Below are positions 21,470 through 31,280 of a stretch of DNA of 64,000 nucleotides, one piece after another; the stretch's first letter is position 1, and each line of letters starts with the position of its first letter. The notes below the pieces were generated by a model that saw only the letters and a program-made list of their open reading frames with translations, had not been told where the DNA came from and made no database searches. The stretch is from Candidatus Latescibacterota bacterium (GTDB lineage: Bacteria; Latescibacterota; UBA2968). The stretch lies in NCBI GenBank assembly GCA_965198115.1, contig OZ240241.1, positions 3,904,001 through 3,968,000 on the forward strand, read 5' to 3'. The translations under genes were made by a program, and so were the position numbers.

Positions 21470-21560
21470 ACGGCGCCACCGAGATCACTGAGGACACTCA
21501 GAGTCGTGAGACTGAAGGGGGCTTTCCGGTCAGAAGACTTGGCGGATCCTTTGCGATGAC

Positions 21561-21630
21561 TATCGCGGACCGTTGGCCCGCGCCGAAACCTGCCCCAATT
21601 TTAGCCCAGCCCGTTGGGCTGGGCTGAGAT
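21561..21630. repeat. Palindromic repeat family C (second copy at 62255-62343)
   Basis: tatcgcggaccg(t/a)tggcccgc...cccagcccgttgggctgggct shared by both copies. Confidence 0.8.
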
Positions 21631-21799
21631 ATTTCGGGCCACCCACCGATCATCCCGGAAGGTCCACTCGCGCCTTTGGCCCTCGACTGGTTGATCGGTT
21701 TCAAGCGCCAACGACGCGACATACTTTAGCCCCGGGCGCGGCCCTGGGTTTCCGGGCAGCTGTTAGGAAATGCGGCCTGTAGGCCGCGATAGCATCACG

Positions 21800-22996
21800 A
21801 TGCCATACACCGATAAAGACAACGGCCTGACTATCGACGCTGACTTCCCCTGTGGAAGCGCTGGCGGGATCCGCAAGATGGGGGGTGATCGGTACGAGAT
21901 TTTACCGAAGCCCGAACCGGTTCCCGATTGGTTCTATGAAGCGCTTCGAGTGAATTTCGGTGGCGCCGGCGTGCCCTGCGAGTACGCCTTCAACGTGCGA
22001 TTACACGCTGAGCGGGCGACACGGGCATCTCTCCGATTCCATTTTTCAGAGACGAACGGAAACCGGTATATGGATCCACCTTACTGGCTTCGAAGGAATG
22101 GCCGTTGGTGGATCATCAACAGTCAGAACGTCAGCTTCGAACCGAGGGAGCATGTCGACATCGATGTAGACCTCTTTGCGAGTGAGACGGTCTACGTCGC
22201 CAACAAACCCTATGTGAGTCCTGAGACTGTCTCTGCGGAGTTGGCTGAGATTGTGCGAGAAGTCGAGGGGTTCGACATCCACTTGGCCGGTGAGACAGCA
22301 GAGGGCCGGCCGATCGAAGTCCTGCACACCCAACCTCGGGATGAATCGATCCTGATTCACGCCACGATGCAGCCCGCCGAGCCGGCCGCGCGCCCTGTCT
22401 TGGCTGTTGCCCATTGGCTGACGGATCGCAGCGACCTGACAGAACGGTTGCGCGATCGTTTCCAGTTCTGCTTCGTGCCAATGCCGAACCCTGATGGGGC
22501 CCATCACGGGCGATCGGTGACAAACAATCGAGGCGAGGTCCCGATGTTCAGCTTCGAGCATTTTCTGAACGGGGAGGGTGCGCCGAAGGAAACGGAAGCC
22601 TTGTGGCGATTCGCGGAGGGCCTTCAGCCGACGGGATTCGTCGAATTCCACACGCACTATCAGGACACGCGCCCCCACAAGCTCAATCCACTCGCGCTCG
22701 AGTGGTTTCCGGAAGAAGTGCACGACCGCGTAAGCTACACTGACGAAAGACTCCTATCCGTCAACGACGCCTGGCGCGTGACGACGATCGAGAAAGACAC
22801 GCCGCTTTGTCGAGCCGGGAAGTTTGCGAACCTGGCCGAACGATTAGGAACGATCACTTACTGTTACCAGATCTACGCGTTGACCGAAGAGGCCACGTGT
22901 GCGCACGCGATCACGGCGACACGGGCGCTGGCTAAAGGCCTCGCTGGACCGGATTGGGTTGTCGTTAAACCACCATCGAAGATCGAGGAAGGATAA
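21800..22996 (+). CDS. M14 zinc carboxypeptidase-like protein
   Basis: GETAEGRPI, QPAE, VPMPNPDG, EFH. Confidence 0.75.
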   Translation: MPYTDKDNGLTIDADFPCGSAGGIRKMGGDRYEILPKPEPVPDWFYEALRVNFGGAGVPCEYAFNVRLHAERATRASLRFHFSETNGNRYMDPPYWLRRNGRWWIINSQNVSFEPREHVDIDVDLFASETVYVANKPYVSPETVSAELAEIVREVEGFDIHLAGETAEGRPIEVLHTQPRDESILIHATMQPAEPAARPVLAVAHWLTDRSDLTERLRDRFQFCFVPMPNPDGAHHGRSVTNNRGEVPMFSFEHFLNGEGAPKETEALWRFAEGLQPTGFVEFHTHYQDTRPHKLNPLALEWFPEEVHDRVSYTDERLLSVNDAWRVTTIEKDTPLCRAGKFANLAERLGTITYCYQIYALTEEATCAHAITATRALAKGLAGPDWVVVKPPSKIEEG

Positions 22997-22998
22997 TC

Positions 22999-24783
22999 GT
23001 GGACCTCCCAGGGATCACCCGGATCGAAGGAACGTGCAGCACTTACGTCGTAGCCCGTGACGGTCGAGGATTGGTCATCGATTGCGGACAGTTCGCGCCG
23101 CAGGAGGTGACTCAGCTTTCGGGGGTCAGCGAAGTCGACCAGCTGTTGCTGACGCACTTCCATCGCGACCAGTGCGGCAGTGCGCCGCGGTGGGCTAGCG
23201 AGAACATTCAAGTCTCTTACCCTTTCCCGGAGAAACGGTTCTACGAAGATGGGGATGTGATTCGTGCAAGCTACGACACTTACGACAACTACAAGTCCTA
23301 CTACCAGACGTCCGGGCCGGTCGATGACATCGATGGCGAAGCGCTCGTGGATTACGACAAAGTGGCGTGGCAAGGTCTGGAGATGCAGGTCATTCCCCTT
23401 CCCGGGCACACCTTCGGGTCCGCGGGGTATCTTTTCGAAACGGATAGGGAACGGCTACTCGCCTGTGGGGACCTGATGGCATCGCCGGGGAAGCTTCACG
23501 AGTACTATTCTTCCCAGTGGGCGTATATGACGTTTCAGGGCCACGTTAATCTGATGGAGAGCCTCGAGACGGTAAGGAACCTTGGAGTCGACTGGATTCT
23601 TCCGGGTCACGGAGAACCGTTCGAGGCTGAGGATACGGCTTTTACCGATCTTCGCGTGCGGTTGGCCGAGCTCTACGAGCTTTTCTACGCAACACCCTAC
23701 GAGGATTTCAAACCGATCTTTCGCCAGCTGTCGGACCACGTGTTCGAGGTCAGCAACTCGGCTGCTTACACCTACATCGTGAAGGACGACGAAGGCCACG
23801 GGCTGTTCATCGATTCCGGTTACGTGGGGAACGCGCCGATTGCGAGTAATCCACATCGCTACATCGATCATCTGACTCACAGGCTGGAGCCAGAGATCGG
23901 CGTGACCGACGTTGAGTGGTTTGTGCCCTCGCACTACCACGACGATCACCTTGCGGGGTTGCCCGCGCTCCAGGCCAGGTATGGCACGAAGGTCGCGACC
24001 GCACCGGAGCTGGCGGACATTATCGAGCATCCGGAGCGATACGATATGCCGTGTCTCGTGCCGTATGGGACGAAAGTCGAGCGGGTTGTGGCACGTGACG
24101 AAGTGTTTGCCTGGCGGGGGGTCGATTTTCGGATCGAACAGTATCCGGGTCAAACGTGGTATCACAACCTGATCACGTTCGATGTGGACGGAAAGCGGTA
24201 CCTGGTGATCGGGGACAACGTCTCGGGGCTGACTTTCCGTGAACAGCGTGATTGGATCCACTCCTTCATCCCAAAGAATCGAACGCCTGTTTCCAGCTAT
24301 CGAGATATGCCGCGGCAGATCCAGGAGCGGAACCCGGACACGATTCTGACAGGACACGGTGGGGGTGTTCCTTACGAGCCTGCGAAAATCGAGAAGTGGC
24401 AGACGTGGATGGATCGGTGGACAGAGTTGTTCACGGACATCATCGATCAGCCGCATCCCAACCTCGGAATGGATCCGCATTGGGTGGAGTTTTATCCATT
24501 CAAGGTACGTGTGAAGCCCGGCGATGAAGCGGGATTCGAGATCCGCGTCAGGAATCACGAGCTGGAGAAACGCACGGGATCCATTACTCTGGTCACGACC
24601 GAAGGCGTGTCGGCGACCCCCGGGCATCTGGACATCGAGGTCGAGGCTGGCGACACGAAGTCATTCGGGATCGTCGCGAAAATGCCGGTGGAAACGCGCT
24701 CGCATAGTTGGACGATTGTCGCAGACGTGACGTGGAACGAGAAACATCTCGGTGGGATCGCTGAGGCGGTCTGTTATTGGTAG
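22999..24783 (+). CDS. Tandem metallo-beta-lactamase-fold hydrolase with C-terminal Ig-like domain
   Basis: THFHRDQ, PGHT, LPGHG; second domain SHYHDDH, LTGHG. Confidence 0.85.
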   Translation: MDLPGITRIEGTCSTYVVARDGRGLVIDCGQFAPQEVTQLSGVSEVDQLLLTHFHRDQCGSAPRWASENIQVSYPFPEKRFYEDGDVIRASYDTYDNYKSYYQTSGPVDDIDGEALVDYDKVAWQGLEMQVIPLPGHTFGSAGYLFETDRERLLACGDLMASPGKLHEYYSSQWAYMTFQGHVNLMESLETVRNLGVDWILPGHGEPFEAEDTAFTDLRVRLAELYELFYATPYEDFKPIFRQLSDHVFEVSNSAAYTYIVKDDEGHGLFIDSGYVGNAPIASNPHRYIDHLTHRLEPEIGVTDVEWFVPSHYHDDHLAGLPALQARYGTKVATAPELADIIEHPERYDMPCLVPYGTKVERVVARDEVFAWRGVDFRIEQYPGQTWYHNLITFDVDGKRYLVIGDNVSGLTFREQRDWIHSFIPKNRTPVSSYRDMPRQIQERNPDTILTGHGGGVPYEPAKIEKWQTWMDRWTELFTDIIDQPHPNLGMDPHWVEFYPFKVRVKPGDEAGFEIRVRNHELEKRTGSITLVTTEGVSATPGHLDIEVEAGDTKSFGIVAKMPVETRSHSWTIVADVTWNEKHLGGIAEAVCYW

Positions 24784-25041
24784 AAAAACGGACCACAGAT
24801 GAACATCAATGAACACGAATGTTGGAGGAACGCCCGGGGCCCCAGGCCCTAATCGGGAAGCGAATCTCAGGCGGATCGAAACAACCGGCTTCCGAATGTC
24901 GATGGGATTCCTTCGCAGGGGTGTTTAGGATACGGTCACGTGGCTTAATCCCCATGATTCCAGTCTTTTCTTGGTGTCTTGGCGTCTTGGTGGTTCAAGC
25001 CTTTCAATTTCCTGATTCCATAATTTCCCAATGGAGCTCCA

Positions 25042-26622
25042 ATGTCTTTCTCCTGGACCTTCCCCTACCCCTCGCAGCGAATGCCCGTCTTCGCCCGCTA
25101 CCTCGTCTGCACTTCACAGCCGTTGGGTGCTCAGGCCGGCTTGCAGATGTTGCAGAAGGGGGGCAACGCCGTCGACGCCGCCCTCGCAACGGCTATCACG
25201 CTAACCGTCGTCGAGCCGACGATGAACGGTATCGGCAGCGACGCTTTCGCCATTCTGTGGGACGGAAAGCAGCTTCACGGATTGAATGCCTCGGGTCGCT
25301 CGCCCAAGGCCTGGTCTCCGGACTACTTCGCAGGACACGACACGATGCCGACCCAAGGGTGGGACGCGGTCACGGTTCCGGGCTGCGTCTCTGCTTGGGT
25401 CGCGCTCTCCGATCGCTTCGGCAAGCTGCCTTTTGAAGACCTGTTCGAGCCCGCCATCCGCCACGCCCGAGATGGATGGATCGTACCCCCCATCGTCGCT
25501 CGATCGTGGAACGCAGCCACAGAAACCCTGGGGGGCTCGGCCGATTTTCGTGCGGCTTTCATGCCAAACGGACGTGGGCCCTACGTCGGGGAAACTTTCC
25601 GGTTCGAGGATCAGGCGCGATCGCTCGAACGAATCGCGGAAACGAAAGGCGAGGCCTACTACCGCGGCGACATCGCGGAGAAAATCGCCGCTCACGCATC
25701 GAATACCGGCGGCGCGATGACACTGGAGGATCTGGGCGCCCACGCTTGCGATTGGGTCGACCCTATCCAGACCGAGTACCGCAGATACGCCCTGCAGGAG
25801 ATCCCGCCCAACGGACAGGGCATCGCTGCCTTGTTGATGCTCGGAATGCTCGAAAACCTCGACATAGGGTCCTACCCCGTCGACTCCGCCGACAGCATCC
25901 ACCTCCAGCTGGAAGCCATGAAGCTCGGCTTCGCCGACGGCCATCGATACGTCTCCGATCCCGAAACCCGGGACATCGAGTACGACCGCTTGCTCGACCC
26001 GGGTTATCTCGCCAAGCGTGCCAAGTTGATCAACCTGGAGAAAGCCGGATCGCCAGCGCACGGCACACCGGGGCCCGGCGAAACAGTCTACCTGACCGCT
26101 GCCGACGAAGACGGAATGATGATCTCCTACATCCAGTCGAACTACATGGGGTTCGGGTCGGGTGTGGTCGTACCCGAGACAGGAATCAGTCTGCAGAATC
26201 GCGGCGCGGGTTTCGTACTCCAGGACGGACACCCCAATCAGGTGGCTGGGGGGAAGCGACCCTACCACACCATCATCCCTGCATTCACGACGAAGGATGG
26301 CGAACCCGTGATGAGCTTTGGTGTGATGGGCGGGCCGATGCAGCCGCAGGGCCACGCCCAGATGATGATCCGGATGTTCGACTACGATCAGAATCCGCAA
26401 GCCGCTTGCGACGCGCCACGGTGGCAGGTTTTCCCCGGGAACGTTGTCGCCGTCGAGGCAGGAATGTCATCCAGTGTCATCGACGATCTGAGGGCGCGCG
26501 GTCACGACGTCGAGATCGTCCACGAGGCCCGATTCGGCGGGGGTCAGCTCATCTACAAACTCGGGGATGGCTATTGCGGCGCGTCAGATTGGCGAAAGGA
26601 TGGCCAGGCGGCGGGGTATTGA
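25042..26622 (+). CDS. ggt: Gamma-glutamyltransferase (YwrD-like)
   Basis: GGNAVDAALA, TVYL autocleavage site, SNYMGFGSG, RPYHTIIP, GVMGG. Confidence 0.95.
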   Translation: MSFSWTFPYPSQRMPVFARYLVCTSQPLGAQAGLQMLQKGGNAVDAALATAITLTVVEPTMNGIGSDAFAILWDGKQLHGLNASGRSPKAWSPDYFAGHDTMPTQGWDAVTVPGCVSAWVALSDRFGKLPFEDLFEPAIRHARDGWIVPPIVARSWNAATETLGGSADFRAAFMPNGRGPYVGETFRFEDQARSLERIAETKGEAYYRGDIAEKIAAHASNTGGAMTLEDLGAHACDWVDPIQTEYRRYALQEIPPNGQGIAALLMLGMLENLDIGSYPVDSADSIHLQLEAMKLGFADGHRYVSDPETRDIEYDRLLDPGYLAKRAKLINLEKAGSPAHGTPGPGETVYLTAADEDGMMISYIQSNYMGFGSGVVVPETGISLQNRGAGFVLQDGHPNQVAGGKRPYHTIIPAFTTKDGEPVMSFGVMGGPMQPQGHAQMMIRMFDYDQNPQAACDAPRWQVFPGNVVAVEAGMSSSVIDDLRARGHDVEIVHEARFGGGQLIYKLGDGYCGASDWRKDGQAAGY

Positions 26623-26634
26623 CGGATAGAGTGG

Positions 26635-26925
26635 CTACAGTGATCTCGTCAGATATCGATCCCACAGATCCTCCGCGATGTCGAAATAGCTTTCCTGAAC
26701 ACCCAGCTTCTCGAAATACTGGCAGATCCGCTCCACGTCCCTCACCAGAAACTGAAACGCGTTCGGATTCTCTGGCGGACTCACGGCCTGCGGGAAATCG
26801 ATGACACGAAAGTCACCCTCCCAATACAGGATGTTGAAGGGCGATAGATCGCCGTGGATCAGATCGTAGGCCAGGAACGTGGCCACGTTTTCGATGATGC
26901 GATCGAACAGGAGCCGCCCTTCACT
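26635..26925 (-). pseudogene. RIO1-family kinase, C-terminal fragment
   Basis: LIHGDLSPFNILY, VIDFPQAV, FLVRDV; N-lobe absent. Confidence 0.8.
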
Positions 26926-27707
26926 CCGTTCTGGAACCGCTCGAGCCCGGGATCGAATCGATTCAGACCGCCGTCGGTCCCCACCCAGATAAATCCCGCG
27001 TCGTCCTCGATCAGACTCGTCACCGTGTTCTGACTCAGGCTGGCCGGATTGTCCGGCTCGTGGTAGTAACGTTTGAAACGTCCCGTCGTCGGATCCAACC
27101 GATTCAGGCCATCGTGCGTCCCCACCCAGATGTTCCCCCGTCGGTCCTCGAGCAACGCATAGATGCGCCCGTCGCTCAGACCGTCATCTTCCTCAGACGG
27201 CGGATAGCTCTTGAACTCCTCCGTGGACGGGTCGAAGCGGTCCAGGCCTTCCCCGAACGTACCCACCCAGATGATCTGGTCGCGCGAGACGTGAAGCGTG
27301 AACACGGCGTCGCTCGACAGTCCTCCCTCGGCAGTCTCGTCGTGCCGATATCCCCTGAAGCTGTCGGTCCGTCGATCGTAATGGTTCAGACCACCCGAAA
27401 TCGTCCCGATCCAAAGATTTCCCGCCTCGTCCTCCACCATCTCCATCACATTGCTATCACTCAGACTCGCCGGATTGTCCGCCTCAGGTTGATACGTCTT
27501 GAACGTATACCCATCGTACCGAACCAACCCACTCGGCGTACTCAACCACAAAAACCCCAGATGATCCTGGATCATCCATCGGATGGCATTAACCGGCAAA
27601 CCGTCTTCCACCGAAAACTGGCGAAATCGGATGGGCTCTGCGCTGCTTGTGGAAGATCCAAATAGCAGCGTCACACACAGGAGCATAGACCGTATCAGAA
27701 ACGTCAT
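26926..27707 (-). pseudogene. N-terminal fragment of a beta-propeller (Reg_prop) hybrid sensor protein
   Basis: Signal peptide, repeated D-x-x-G-x-[LI]-W-x-GT-x-x-GL; truncated and joined to the RIO1 fragment. Confidence 0.8.
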
Positions 27708-28006
27708 CGTTCGACCTTTGTTCGGTGAATGGCGTCGTCGAATCACAGGAAAAAGATAGGGAAAGGTCCCGTCCCGATACAAGAACCCGCAGCTCGATGC
27801 GAATCCCGTAATCGTCCCAGTCCACAAGGGAATTAGAAGGACCCCTAACACAAAATCCCATCGGTGCAATGAAAAGCGGGCCCGAACGTGTGCTCGAGCC
27901 GTAGAACAACTGCGATACCTATTTCACCTTTCTTTTTTCACTTGTCATAGGTCAATGGTCAATGCACCCGTTATGCGCGCAATGCCAAGTTCGCGGCCGG
28001 GAGGTA

Positions 28007-28077
28007 TATCCTGAGCCCCTCGACGGAGCCTGTGCCGAGCGAAGTCGAGGTGCTCGGGATAAACTCCGTCGAAGGGC
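28007..28077. repeat. Triple self-nested short CCTGAGC/TCGA(A)GG element
   Basis: atcctgagc[ccctcgacggag[cctgtgccgagcgaagtcgaggt]gctcgggataaact]ccgtcgaaggg. Confidence 0.7.
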
Positions 28078-28308
28078 CGCTCCCACCGGCAACGGGGCGA
28101 GCCATCTGTGAAGCTTGCCCCGAGCGAACGCGAGGAGTCCACCCTCTACCGCCGACCGCCCACTTCCAAAGAGGCGAAGCCGCCTCTCCGTCCCCCGTCA
28201 ACCACCTGCCCGCCGTAGCGACGCAGTCACGAAGGTGGGTCAGCTGCATCACTCTCCGTATATTGCTCCGTCGTCCGGCCCTTCTACCAAACTCCGGAGA
28301 GCCACAGC

Positions 28309-29622
28309 TTGACTCGACTACCCGCACTATCGCAGAGCCCCCTCCTCCGCTACATCACCTTCCCCATCCTGTACGTCGCGCAGGGCCTCCCCTACGGTCT
28401 CGTCCTCGTCGCGCTGCCGGCCTGGCTGGCCAAACAGGGCCTCGGCACAGCCGAAATCGGCGGATTCACGGCCATCGTTGCGCTTCCCTGGAGCCTAAAG
28501 CTCATCGGCGGACCACTGATGGACCGCTTCTGCTATCTCCCGATGGGTCGGCGTCGGCCTTGGGTCGTGGGTGCCCAGATTGGCCTGTTCATCTCATTCT
28601 GCACCCTGGCCGCCGTGCCCGATCCCGCTTACAACCTCACTCTGCTGGCCGCAATCGGATTCGTCACGAACATGTGCGCCGCCTTCCAGGACGTCGCCGT
28701 CGACGGAATGGCCATCGACGTCGTCCCTGAAGATCAACGCGCGCGCGCGAACGGCTTCATGTTCGGTGGACAGGGATTGGGGATCGCATTCTCAACGGGC
28801 GTCGGGGGCACCGTGATGAGCAGCCACGGATTAGGCGCGGCCATCGCGCTCAACGCCTTGTTTCTCGCAGTCATCGTCCTCTTCCCGATTTGTCTGCGAG
28901 AACGGCCAGGCGAAAAGCTGCTCCCCTGGACCGAAGGCACCGCATCCCCTGAATCCATGGAGATGCAGCTCCACAGCTGGGGAGACATCTTCCGCAGCCT
29001 CTTTCGCGTGGTCGTGTTGCCCGCCAGCCTGATCGGGGGCGCACTCAACTTCCTCTACCGTGGAGGCGAGGGCATCACGTGGACGGTCATCCCGGTCCTG
29101 ACCATCCAGGAGTTGGGCTGGCAGGATGCCGACTATTCTCAGATCCAGGCTTATGCGGGTGTGGCTTCTAGCATCGTCGGCATGGTCGTCGGCGCAACCC
29201 TCGTCCACTGGTTGGGCGGTCTCAGATGCGTTCTGGGGACCGTCATCCTGATGATCGTCGTTCAGGCAGCAGCTGGCATTTTCACCGACCTCTGGTACGA
29301 TCCGACATACGTGACCGCCTATTTCTTCGCACTCAACATCCTCGGGATCGTCTTCGTCGTTTCGATCATCCCCGTCTTCATGACCATCTGCTGGAAGAAG
29401 GTTGCTGCGACACAGTTCTCTTTATACATGGCCCTCGCCAACCTCGGAACCTCAGCCGGCGCAGCCGTCACCGGCCCCATCGACGCGGTTCTCGAGTATA
29501 ACGAGATCTTCCTGGCCACCGCCGCCCTCGGTATCGTCCTGATCGTCCTGACAAAGATGGTCCGAATGGACCGCCACGCTGAGAGGTTGGAAGAGATCGA
29601 CGCTGAAACGGCTGCGGCGTAG
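28309..29622 (+). CDS. MFS transporter, AmpG-like
   Basis: LYVAQGLPYG, LPWSLK, GRRRPW, QDVAVDG, ATQFSLYMALANLG. Confidence 0.85.
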   Translation: MTRLPALSQSPLLRYITFPILYVAQGLPYGLVLVALPAWLAKQGLGTAEIGGFTAIVALPWSLKLIGGPLMDRFCYLPMGRRRPWVVGAQIGLFISFCTLAAVPDPAYNLTLLAAIGFVTNMCAAFQDVAVDGMAIDVVPEDQRARANGFMFGGQGLGIAFSTGVGGTVMSSHGLGAAIALNALFLAVIVLFPICLRERPGEKLLPWTEGTASPESMEMQLHSWGDIFRSLFRVVVLPASLIGGALNFLYRGGEGITWTVIPVLTIQELGWQDADYSQIQAYAGVASSIVGMVVGATLVHWLGGLRCVLGTVILMIVVQAAAGIFTDLWYDPTYVTAYFFALNILGIVFVVSIIPVFMTICWKKVAATQFSLYMALANLGTSAGAAVTGPIDAVLEYNEIFLATAALGIVLIVLTKMVRMDRHAERLEEIDAETAAA

Positions 29623-29639
29623 TGGCTGACCGCCATCGC

Positions 29640-29719
29640 CGGGCTCTGCCCGCGTTCAGATACTTCCGTACACACACTCGCCCCCGTCCCTTCGACTCCG
29701 CTCAGGACTGCACGGGGGC
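29640..29719. repeat. REP family A copy carrying a 20-nt insert
   Basis: cgggctctgcccg...ctcgcccccgt[cccttcgactccgctcagga]ctgcacgggggc. Confidence 0.8.
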
Positions 29720-29757
29720 CGAATGACACGGACGATGAGTACTGTCATCCCGGTACG

Positions 29758-31131
29758 GAGCTATAACCAAAAGGTGTGGAAAAAGAGAAAGGGCGACCCT
29801 ACCCTTCCCGTGAGATAGTTGATTCACACAAAACCGGGTGAGAGGCCCGGTTGGGAAGGAGGATCGCCGTGAAGGAACATACGCATAGAGCCCCATTGAA
29901 GTCCATGCCGACGTGGGAGACGGTTGACGATTGGATCCGTGAAGAGATCCAGGGCCGGTTCCAGTTCATTCTGGAGGAGGAGGCGACCGCGTTCTTGGGC
30001 CGGTCGTGGTATGAGCGCCGAGCCGAGGTCGATAGCTCCACGGGCTACAGGAACGGCTACGGCAAGCCCCGGCGTCTCTCGACGAGCTGCGGAACGATCA
30101 AGGTCCGGCGTCCCCGGGTTCGTGGTCTGGAAGAGCGGTTTGAAAGCCGCATCCTCCCCCTGTTCGCCCGGAGAACCAGGGCCATTGGAGATCTGCTTCC
30201 CGACCTTTATCTCCACGGTCTCTCCCAGGGCGACTTCGAGTTGTCTTTGCGTGCGCTGCTCGGTGATGGCGCGCCGCTTTCGCCGACCTCGATCGCTCGT
30301 CTTCGAGGGAAGTGGGAGGTCGACTTCCAGGACTGGAAAGAAAGGCGTCTGGATAATCGCGAACTGGTCTACGCCTGGGCTGATGGCATCTACGTCAAAG
30401 CCGGGCTCGAGCGCGAGAAGGCGTGTCTGCTGGTCGTGATCGGCGCGATGAGCGACGGCAGCAAGGAGATCCTGGCGATAGAACCCGGTTATCGAGAGTC
30501 TACAGAATCCTGGCTCACGGTGCTACGGGATCTCCGGGATCGCGGGCTCGAACATCCTGTCCTGATCGCCGCGGACGGGAATATGGGCATCTGGGCGGCC
30601 GTTGATCAGGTCTGGCCAGAGAGCCGGCAACAACGGTGCTGGAACCACAAGATCCTCAACGTGCTCGACAAGGTCGCCAAGCGTGCACAGGCTGAAGCCC
30701 GCGCACTGCTCGTCCAGATCCCCTATGCCGGCACGAAAAAGGAGGCCGAGAAGCTCCGGAAACGCTTTGCCGCACGGTATCGCTCACAGTTCCCTGCCGC
30801 CGTGGAGACGCTCGAAAGAGACTGGGATCGGATGGTCACGTTCTACGACTTCCCGAAGGAACACTGGAAACACCTGAGAACCACGAACGTCGTCGAGAGC
30901 CCCTTTGCTTCCGTTCGGCTTCGCACAAACGCCGCCAGGCGATTCAAGAAAGTCAGGAACGCCACGACTCTCATCTGGCGTACGCTCAAGGTCGCAGAGA
31001 GCCGATTCAGGAAACTCACCGCGCCACACTTGCTACAACAAGTCTACGATCAGAAACACTCAACCGGACCGCAGGTCGAAGCCGGGAAGATGGCCGCCTG
31101 ATTTCTTTTACACACCTATTGACCTGAGCTC
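29758..31131 (+). mobile_element. IS256-family element A, copy 1 (1374 bp), inside a family B repeat
   Basis: Imperfect IRs gagctataaccaaaaggtgtg / cacacctattgacctgagctc; 9-bp TSD cccggtacg. Confidence 0.95.
29869..31101 (+). CDS. IS256-family (Mutator) transposase
   Basis: YRNGY, WADGIY, DLRDRGL, QRCWNHK, LRTTNVVES. Confidence 0.95.
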   Translation: MKEHTHRAPLKSMPTWETVDDWIREEIQGRFQFILEEEATAFLGRSWYERRAEVDSSTGYRNGYGKPRRLSTSCGTIKVRRPRVRGLEERFESRILPLFARRTRAIGDLLPDLYLHGLSQGDFELSLRALLGDGAPLSPTSIARLRGKWEVDFQDWKERRLDNRELVYAWADGIYVKAGLEREKACLLVVIGAMSDGSKEILAIEPGYRESTESWLTVLRDLRDRGLEHPVLIAADGNMGIWAAVDQVWPESRQQRCWNHKILNVLDKVAKRAQAEARALLVQIPYAGTKKEAEKLRKRFAARYRSQFPAAVETLERDWDRMVTFYDFPKEHWKHLRTTNVVESPFASVRLRTNAARRFKKVRNATTLIWRTLKVAESRFRKLTAPHLLQQVYDQKHSTGPQVEAGKMAA

Positions 31132-31280
31132 CCCGGTACGCTTCTTAGCCGCCTGTCCTGAGCTTGTCGAAGGGGGATCCATTCTCGCCACAATCGCAGT
31201 TCGCTGGCGGCGCCAGACAAAAATGGACCCCGGCTCAACACACTGCCGGGGTGACATTGATTGTCGCGAGTGTGTAAGCG

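Noticed and set aside
20510-26804. Long antisense/alternate-frame ORFs (e.g. 20510-21451, 23455-24627, 25201-26400, 25476-26804)
   Set aside because: Shadows of well-supported genes in GC-rich DNA, with no family motifs.
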